A DNA stretch of 29,953 nucleotides from a virus (Duplodnaviria > Caudoviricetes): the IMG/VR virus record IMGVR_UViG_3300017754_000738, positions 1 to 29,953 of that record; one strand, written 5' to 3'. Positions 23,175 through 29,953 of this stretch are shown here, piece by piece (within the stretch, counting starts at the first letter, position 1; each line of letters opens with the position of its first letter). The notes beneath the pieces were generated by a model, which did not search any database, had not been told where the DNA came from, and saw nothing but the letters and a program-made list of their open reading frames with translations. Made by a program: the position numbers and the translations under genes.

Positions 23175-24515
23175 TTATGGGCCTTCATTCAAATAATCCC
23201 AGTAGCTTGTATCAAGGCTCCCACCTCCTGCGTTGGGATTCACATAGCTGTAATCAACCCCACTGTCCGGGAATGTGGCAGGATTGTCATATTGATAGCC
23301 CGGTGAAAGCGGCCCGGTGTAATAAGGGTCTGAAGGCGTTGTGTAGCCAGTATCCAATGGGCCACCCGATGTGGATGTATCTGAACCAATGTAGTTGCCG
23401 CCTGAATCAAACTTGTTACCAGCCGAGTCCGTTATGGTTCCATCGCTGTTGTATCTGACGCCGTCGCTAGTGTTCATTTCTGGGCCAATATTGCCAGTCC
23501 CCGTTCCCATTTCTCCGGGCTTGCCCCCAACGGAAGAGCCGCCTGAAGAACCGCTGCTACCGCCGCCAAAGCCTTTGAGGTAGTTGGAAATGCTGCTGCC
23601 AGCAGAAGATGCCAACCCAGAAATTCCCGAGCTATCAAAAAGTTTTTGCAGGTAGTTTGGAGTGGCGTTGCCAAACTTGTCGTATGTAGTGCCAAAACCA
23701 CTGGCAAGCGAAGCACCAACACCAAGTGTTTGAGCCAATGGTGAGCCTTGGTAGTAGCCGCTGGTTTGTGGGCCTTTGTCTTCCACTGTGGTGCCACCCG
23801 GCACGGTGTACCCGCGCATCAGTTGGGACACGTTTGTTGCGGTCTTCAGTGGAGCATCAAGCAACGACTGTTCGTACAACTGCTGTTCTGTGCCAGCCTT
23901 GGTCAATGCGCCAGCGCCAGTGAGTCCGAGGGACTGCTCTTGCCCAGCAATATCAGCTTGCGTTCTTGCTGCTTGGTTTTGCAATTGGGCGTTGTTCAGT
24001 GCAGCGGTCACGGAGGCGTTGTAGCCCTTGTCCAAAGCCCCGTACTGTTGACCAGTCAAGTCCGACTGTAGGTCAGACATTGTTTGACCCATTGCATTGG
24101 CGTAGCGTGAGCTACCCAGACCACCCGTGCTGACAAAGCCAGCCTTGAGTTGCGGCATCAAGTTGCGCTGGATGTTTCGCTGTTGCAAGCGCTCCATCTC
24201 GTCCACCACGTTGGTGGTGTACGGATTCATGAAGTTTTGTATCTGCGGCGCAGCGCCAGCGGCTGCCGTGCCTGCGGTGGCCGTAGCGGCGGTCAGACCG
24301 GGCCTGTAGGCTGTTGCGGCACCGGGGGTGGCGGCAAAGCCTTGCTGCTGCATCTCCGTCAGGGGAGCAACCTTGTTGGGGGCTGCAAGCGCCGTCTGCC
24401 CCGCTTGGGACAGGCCACTCAGGTAATTGGTGTAGTAGCTGGGCGCTTGTTGAGTGGTGGTCGATGTTCGCGTTACATCTGGATTTGCCCGCGTATCAAA
24501 AATGGTATCAGCCAT
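23175..24515 (-). CDS. putative DNA-transfer/pilot protein
   Basis: VAPLTEMQQQG, FMNPYTTNVV, GGLGSSR; Q/A/G-rich. Confidence 0.72.
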   Translation of the reverse strand: MADTIFDTRANPDVTRTSTTTQQAPSYYTNYLSGLSQAGQTALAAPNKVAPLTEMQQQGFAATPGAATAYRPGLTAATATAGTAAAGAAPQIQNFMNPYTTNVVDEMERLQQRNIQRNLMPQLKAGFVSTGGLGSSRYANAMGQTMSDLQSDLTGQQYGALDKGYNASVTAALNNAQLQNQAARTQADIAGQEQSLGLTGAGALTKAGTEQQLYEQSLLDAPLKTATNVSQLMRGYTVPGGTTVEDKGPQTSGYYQGSPLAQTLGVGASLASGFGTTYDKFGNATPNYLQKLFDSSGISGLASSAGSSISNYLKGFGGGSSGSSGGSSVGGKPGEMGTGTGNIGPEMNTSDGVRYNSDGTITDSAGNKFDSGGNYIGSDTSTSGGPLDTGYTTPSDPYYTGPLSPGYQYDNPATFPDSGVDYSYVNPNAGGGSLDTSYWDYLNEGP

Positions 24516-26787
24516 GTTTAGCTCCTTGCCGCTTGGTGTTCTTCAAAAAGTCCAACGGTGACTTGATTTCGGGTGGCAAATCTTTGGGTTTTGCTGACCG
24601 CACATGGGCACGAATGCCGTGCATCATGTCGTATAGTTTATCCGACCCCGCCTTTGTGGAGCCGTTTCCGATGGCCGCAACTACGTCGGCTGGGAACACA
24701 AATTCACCGTCTGCCAGCATGGCCGGGATGTCGTCCGACTGACCGTCTCCAGCACCCGTTACGGCGTCACCATGACGGAAGTCCACCCGCATCTTCCCGC
24801 CTGCTGCCATCAGGGGCGTGCTGAGTCCACCACGGGCATATTTTCCGTACCTAGTGCCATTCATTGCGCCGCCAGTTGCGGCTTGAATTCCTGTCTTCAT
24901 GTAGTCGGGCACGCCGTCCGGGGAGTACCCGGTCTCTTGTTCGGCGGCAGCTTGCTGGTTCAGGATGTCTTCAATGGGTCGGTCAACGCCATAGGTGTAG
25001 GGGTTCATGTCGGTTCCTTGCGGGGCTTGGTCACTCAATGCGTATTGGACAGCATTGGGGTCATTTGATTGTTGAAGTTGGTTGAACTCATCCAAGACGC
25101 TTTCAAACTTGGGCTGGTTGGGTATGACCTTGGTCTGAAAGCTGGAGGCCAAGCTGAGTGGCGCAACAGAGGACAGTGACGCCGTGTTGTTAGTTGATGC
25201 AGACGAACCAGAAGATGAACCAAGCGCACCAGACAAGCCAAACGCGGCAGCGCCAAGCGCATCAAGCGATGACGACGTCTTGCCACTCGTTGGCGCTTTT
25301 GCTGGAACGGCTGGCGCAGTTGGCGCAGTTGGAGTGGGCGTTGGGGCTGGCGAACCGGAGGAGCCTTTGCTGGCGCTATCAAGGTAATTTGACAGCGTGT
25401 CCTGCGTACTGACACCAGTGTTTACTGTCTCGCCAGTGGCAGCATTTGGGGCACCTGTGCCCGCCGTGATGCCTAAGTTTCTCAAGCCCTCGTTGAAGGC
25501 ATTGGAGATTGCTTTTGTGGTGCCAAAGTTCTGGTTCAGGCCGCTGGTGGCTTTGCCAATATTGCCATAAAGGCCCGACTCTTTGCCCAAAATTCCAGTG
25601 AAGATTGGGTTGGTGCCAAGCTCTTTTGATGCGTAGGAATTGATTTGACCAACCAACGCCGAAGACAACATGCCGCCCGGATTGCCGTTGATGGCACTGG
25701 TGACTATGCCAACAGGTATACCAAGGTTCTTGGCAAGCATACTAAGCAAGGTGCTAGATGCAATTTCCCCTGCCGTGATTTTCCCGGTGTACATGTCGTT
25801 CAGAGTCATCGCCAGACTTGCGCCGGGAATGAACATAGCCGCTGCTCGTGCCAATGGCTCCATGAAATTTACAAAATCTGTAGTCGCAACAATGCTGTCA
25901 GCAGTTTGACCGGGGTCGTTGTAAGTGAGACCCTCTACGCCCTCAACGGACGCATTCATGTTGGTCAAGTTTTTTGCATTGACGCCTGTTATGTTTCCAA
26001 GCCCAGCCGCTTGAAGTGCCTTAGCTTCAGCGTAGGTCGGCGACCGCCCAAAGGCGTCAACAAAAGCGTTTTGTGGAACGTCAACGCTGACTTCTCGGCC
26101 TTCTGGATTGTTTTTGCCGCCACCGAGCATCATGGTCTGCTTAGTGAGCGGCCCCATCAAGTCTTTGTAAACATTGACTACTGCACTTGGGTCTTTGTCT
26201 GCCGTGGTAGCGTACTTGTTGGCATCCCCTCCGTAATACGAAGCCAACTTTTCACTGGCTTGCTGCCGCAGGGCATTGACTTGCTCCGTCTTGGCTAAAT
26301 TAGCCTCTTGCTTGGTGGACAAGCTAACGTCTGAAAAGGGAGAGAGCGCAGGGTTTTCTCCCGCGCCACCCATCAGGCTTGCGGCTGCGGCTTGCTGTGC
26401 TTCTGCTGCTCTTTGGGCTTCTGCTGCTGCTGCCACCGTAGTTGCTCGTTCACGAGCCACATTGTCTGCGGCAGTTTTGTCAGCATCAGATTGCGCCGCC
26501 GGAGAGGGTGTATTTACTGGTGCAGCAGCCGCTTCTCTTGCTGTTTCTCCTATGGGCGCTCTTGAGGCGTCTGCTGCGGCAGCAGCGGCTGCGGCATTGT
26601 TTCCGCCACCCCCACTAGGAGGCGCACCACCATCTCTTGGCGCAGCACCGCTACCTTCACCAACATGAGCGCCACCACCACCCCTACCAGTGTCTCCGGG
26701 GTTGCTGCCGCCACCGCTTCCGCTGCTGCCTCCGCCACCCATGTAGCAGTGGCCTAGCAGCTTGCGCTTTTGCTCAAGAATGTTCAC
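24508..26787 (-). CDS. putative ejection protein with conserved C-terminal GDGQSDDIPAMLADGEFV domain
   Basis: G/A/S-rich; short basic leader followed by a poly-Gly stretch; position in the module. Confidence 0.72.
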   Translation of the reverse strand: MNILEQKRKLLGHCYMGGGGSSGSGGGSNPGDTGRGGGGAHVGEGSGAAPRDGGAPPSGGGGNNAAAAAAAADASRAPIGETAREAAAAPVNTPSPAAQSDADKTAADNVARERATTVAAAAEAQRAAEAQQAAAASLMGGAGENPALSPFSDVSLSTKQEANLAKTEQVNALRQQASEKLASYYGGDANKYATTADKDPSAVVNVYKDLMGPLTKQTMMLGGGKNNPEGREVSVDVPQNAFVDAFGRSPTYAEAKALQAAGLGNITGVNAKNLTNMNASVEGVEGLTYNDPGQTADSIVATTDFVNFMEPLARAAAMFIPGASLAMTLNDMYTGKITAGEIASSTLLSMLAKNLGIPVGIVTSAINGNPGGMLSSALVGQINSYASKELGTNPIFTGILGKESGLYGNIGKATSGLNQNFGTTKAISNAFNEGLRNLGITAGTGAPNAATGETVNTGVSTQDTLSNYLDSASKGSSGSPAPTPTPTAPTAPAVPAKAPTSGKTSSSLDALGAAAFGLSGALGSSSGSSASTNNTASLSSVAPLSLASSFQTKVIPNQPKFESVLDEFNQLQQSNDPNAVQYALSDQAPQGTDMNPYTYGVDRPIEDILNQQAAAEQETGYSPDGVPDYMKTGIQAATGGAMNGTRYGKYARGGLSTPLMAAGGKMRVDFRHGDAVTGAGDGQSDDIPAMLADGEFVFPADVVAAIGNGSTKAGSDKLYDMMHGIRAHVRSAKPKDLPPEIKSPLDFLKNTKRQGAKHG

Positions 26788-27191
26788 AGCTTGACCTCCG
26801 CAATAAGGTACTTCTCCTCAAACCCTAGTCGTGACCAGAGTCGGAAGGTGGACGGACGCATGGCCGCTTCAATCATGGTGGCTCCGTCTTTCTTGCATAT
26901 GTCTTGCAGTTGTGCCCAGTTTTCATCGGTGGTAATTCCTTCCCCGGCTAAGCAGGTGATGAAGGCCACGCGGGCATTGGCCCGGTTTTCATAAACCATC
27001 GACAGCGAACCGATGATGGTCTCACCCTCCGTAAAGGTGATGAGCCACCAGTCTCCCACACCCAGCTTCATCCGAATCTGGTCAAGCGTGTAGTCACCCT
27101 TGGTGTGCGGTTCGACGGCAGCAAAATACTGCTCCACCAGCGGCCATGTCTGGTGAACTTGAGCGAAGGGGACTTTAGCTACAACGGCCAT
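26784..27191 (-). CDS. GNAT-fold-like virion assembly protein (P22 gp14-like position)
   Basis: AFITCLAG...GATMIEAAMRPSTFRLWSRLGFEEKY. Confidence 0.65.
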   Translation of the reverse strand: MAVVAKVPFAQVHQTWPLVEQYFAAVEPHTKGDYTLDQIRMKLGVGDWWLITFTEGETIIGSLSMVYENRANARVAFITCLAGEGITTDENWAQLQDICKKDGATMIEAAMRPSTFRLWSRLGFEEKYLIAEVKL

Positions 27192-27451
27192 TAGGTTGAC
27201 TGCGTTGCAGGGTTGACAGCGCTGACTAGGGCTTCTGCCCAGTCGTTCCAGTTTTCAAATGACTCCGTCCGTGGGATGGCCTCGTTGGTGAACACGTCAA
27301 TTGCGGACAGCCCATTGCCCCAAGTCTTCCAGTCGGTGTGGACGGTTGGTATCTCAAGTTGCTGCGGGGCGTAAAGCTCACACATGAGGCTTGCCCACGA
27401 CTCAAAGGTGTGAAAGCGCGGGTCGTAAATGAGGGCGGGATTAAGAGCCAT
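27191..27451 (-). CDS. conserved Trp-rich virion-module protein (86 aa)
   Basis: Start refined to ATG 27451; YDPR...WASLM...WNDWAEAL. Confidence 0.75.
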   Translation of the reverse strand: MALNPALIYDPRFHTFESWASLMCELYAPQQLEIPTVHTDWKTWGNGLSAIDVFTNEAIPRTESFENWNDWAEALVSAVNPATQST

Positions 27452-29654
27452 ACGGTCTTGTGTCCCCAACGTCTGCGTGCAGCAAGGTCTTGCCCAACTG
27501 GTAGTCGCCGCCAGCCACATCGGAGATGAAGCGCAGGCGTATCTCGCGGCGCTGCTCACGCATGTCAATCTTGCCCGTGTTCTTGTCGAACAAGTAGGGG
27601 TCGCTTTCTTTGTCCACGCTCTGAGCAAATGGTCGGCCAGTGACCACCAAGCTCATTTCGCCCTCCATCAGAAAGTCAGGTTCGACGCGCTCCAGACGCT
27701 CCCACTTGTTGAGGCCAACAGGCGCAGGCTGTGACGGGCCTCCGTCAACCCATCCAAGGTTGCTGGTCTCAAAGAAGCTCTCGATGGCAAGCACATCCTG
27801 CCCATTGACGCTGTCCACGCCAATCTCATGCTGGAAGATTTGGATGAGGTCTGGCTCGGTGGAGAAGGTCAGGGTCGTGGTGGCTGAAGCCGTAGCCGCC
27901 ACAGACAACGTCACCGCCTGCTGGTAGATGGTCTGCACCTTGATGGAGAAGCCCGAGCCAGTTCCGCCAATGGATGCCGCAGCAGCGCTCAAGGTGTTGT
28001 CCACGACATAGGCCGCGCCACGGGCGGTGATGGTCACGGACGTAACTGCCCCGCCAGACACCACCACGGTGGCCCTTGCGCCCGTTCCAGAGCCTCCGGT
28101 GAGGGTTACGTTGGTGTAGGTGCCATCGGTGTACGCAGAGCCGCCTACGAGCGTGTACAGGGCTTTGATATTGCTGGAGGTGATGCCGTTGACTTTTGTG
28201 CCAGAGGTGATGCCAGCGCCAGAGACCAGTTGGTCAAGGATGATGTTGCCATCATAGGTGTCCGTGTACACAAACGTGCTACCAGAAAGAACCACAAAAG
28301 ACCCCGTGGTCACGACTGCCTCAGTGGTCACATCCCATGACGCTTGCACCGGGTAGGCAAACACTTGGGAGAAGTACCCAGCAGAGCGACGAGCGCCTTC
28401 CGCTTCCCCGGCGTCATACCAGATGTTTTCACGCACGTTGTAAATAATGGCGTCGGTGCATTCGGTTGCATCGCCCTTGGGGTAGAACCACCACACCTCG
28501 CCAAACCGTGGCACCTTGCTCACCCAGACCTTTTGGCGCTGGGCGTAGTTCAAGTTGTCAAAGAAGTAGTTCTGGTTCATGGCGTTCGGAATTTCCTTGA
28601 CCACACCGTTGTACAGCAGGAATCGGTCAACGCCGCACCAGTAGTAGATGCCGTCGTACTCAATGGCGGACTGGCTGGACAGGATGGAAGACTGGCTGCT
28701 GATGATGTCGTAGCGCCAGTATTGAGCAGGAGTTCCCTGCCCGCCGATGTAGGACACGCGGACTAGGCTGTCAAGGCTCCAGAACAGCCCAGAGGGCGCG
28801 TTTGAGCCACCCCTGACGGGTAGCCCTTGGACAATTTTCCCGGTGGCTACGTTGGTCTCGTTGGCGTCCGCAGACACCCAGTCTTCGGCGTTGCCTGCGG
28901 CGCAGTTCCTAATCAACCCGTCGTTGCCATACACAAAGACGTAAGGGTGCAAGGAGACCACCCCGCCCGACACTGAGACGTTGTTGTTGAATGTCACCGT
29001 CACCGTTGCACTGGCCGTTGCTGGAAGAGACAGCACCACGTTGACCGTTGACACGGACACCACGGTGGTGCCTGCTTGGATGCCCGCGCCAGAAACAGAC
29101 TGCCCCGGCCCAATCAAGGAATTTGATGCGGCCAACACAATGGTTGCGTTGGTGTTGGTCGTGGTGGCTGAGTCAGTGAACACACCAATCTGGCTCATGG
29201 TTGTGCCAGTGATGCTGCCAATCAGCACAGGAGTGTTTACCGTGCTGCTGATGCTGTTCAGGTTCTGGCATGGCGCAGCAAGGATGGTCTGCAAGCCAGA
29301 GCCAGAAACATCGTAGAAACCATCAAACTGCCACAGGTTGTTGTCGTTGGCCGTGAAGTTACTAAGGGTGAAATCTTGTACACCAGAGCCGATGCCGTTC
29401 TCGTCAATGGTCAGAACTTGCAGACCATCGTTGTACCCACTGAAGATGGATGTGAATGCGTTCTGGGTGTTGACCCAAATGCCACGGGATGGGCCGCTCA
29501 ACTGATTTGAGATGACCCTGTAACCACCCATCTTGCGCGGACGACCACGCTGGAACCTGACCCACTTCCCATCGGTGTAGTAGTTTTTGTCAAACACCGT
29601 TCCATCTCGCTGGACGCCAGCAATGGTGTCAATGGTGAAGACTTTTTGAACCAT
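27441..29654 (-). CDS. tail/head-stabilisation (nozzle, P22 gp10-like) protein
   Basis: WVRFQRGRPRKMGG, YYWCGVDRFLLYNGVV, FGEVWWFYP, IYNVREN.W; beta-propeller-like character. Confidence 0.75.
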   Translation of the reverse strand: MVQKVFTIDTIAGVQRDGTVFDKNYYTDGKWVRFQRGRPRKMGGYRVISNQLSGPSRGIWVNTQNAFTSIFSGYNDGLQVLTIDENGIGSGVQDFTLSNFTANDNNLWQFDGFYDVSGSGLQTILAAPCQNLNSISSTVNTPVLIGSITGTTMSQIGVFTDSATTTNTNATIVLAASNSLIGPGQSVSGAGIQAGTTVVSVSTVNVVLSLPATASATVTVTFNNNVSVSGGVVSLHPYVFVYGNDGLIRNCAAGNAEDWVSADANETNVATGKIVQGLPVRGGSNAPSGLFWSLDSLVRVSYIGGQGTPAQYWRYDIISSQSSILSSQSAIEYDGIYYWCGVDRFLLYNGVVKEIPNAMNQNYFFDNLNYAQRQKVWVSKVPRFGEVWWFYPKGDATECTDAIIYNVRENIWYDAGEAEGARRSAGYFSQVFAYPVQASWDVTTEAVVTTGSFVVLSGSTFVYTDTYDGNIILDQLVSGAGITSGTKVNGITSSNIKALYTLVGGSAYTDGTYTNVTLTGGSGTGARATVVVSGGAVTSVTITARGAAYVVDNTLSAAAASIGGTGSGFSIKVQTIYQQAVTLSVAATASATTTLTFSTEPDLIQIFQHEIGVDSVNGQDVLAIESFFETSNLGWVDGGPSQPAPVGLNKWERLERVEPDFLMEGEMSLVVTGRPFAQSVDKESDPYLFDKNTGKIDMREQRREIRLRFISDVAGGDYQLGKTLLHADVGDTRPYGS

Positions 29655-29953
29655 TAGAACGTGCCGCCCAAAACGCCGCCAGTGAAGTTGCCTGTGCCCA
29701 CAATCGCCAGCCCAGAGGCAGACAGGGTGGAGCGCAACACGCCCAAGATGGCGGTGTTGAACTCGCCCGAGGCTGCGCGATACACACCAGTCGATGTCTC
29801 AGAAGAAAAGTTCAACGCCGGGACGGCAACATTTCCATCGGTCAGGGAAATGCTACTGGCTCCAGCAAGAACAGTGTTGGCGTTCAGCAGGTTGACAGAA
29901 TCGCAGACCAATGTTGCCTGCTGTCCTGCGGGAACTGTCGCCACGCTTCCGCC
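29654..29953 (-). CDS. 3' part of a tail/virion protein (starts outside the window)
   Basis: DGNVAVPALNFSSETSTGVYR motif common in phage tail proteins; its stop overlaps the next start. Confidence 0.7.
   Translation of the reverse strand, partial: GGSVATVPAGQQATLVCDSVNLLNANTVLAGASSISLTDGNVAVPALNFSSETSTGVYRAASGEFNTAILGVLRSTLSASGLAIVGTGNFTGGVLGGTF

Overview
About 30 kb of a tailed dsDNA phage genome, most likely a P22/Sf6-like podovirus. The host is probably a proteobacterium (inference). From left to right: tRNA-Arg and tRNA-Pro; a probable Acb2/Tad1-type anti-defence protein; an intein-containing large terminase; a small terminase; a degenerate initiator-type tRNA-Met inside a ~700-nt non-coding structured-RNA cassette; many small accessory ORFs; a C5 DNA methyltransferase; HNH and Ref-like nucleases; RusA; replication initiator/loader and Cro-like genes; a divergent + strand block (SSB, lipoprotein, HNH-AP2, exonuclease); and a convergent virion module (SLT-bearing and other ejection proteins, a GNAT-fold protein, a gp10-like tail protein). 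The stand-out observation is dual coding inside the terminase intein. Its in-frame middle section is an S/T/P/A-rich linker with no recognisable nuclease motifs, while a complete HNH plus Zn-finger endonuclease gene with its own Shine-Dalgarno sequence sits in the -1 frame of the same DNA. A second nested gene lies in the +1 frame of the methyltransferase. All family assignments come from motif recognition by eye; no database search was run.
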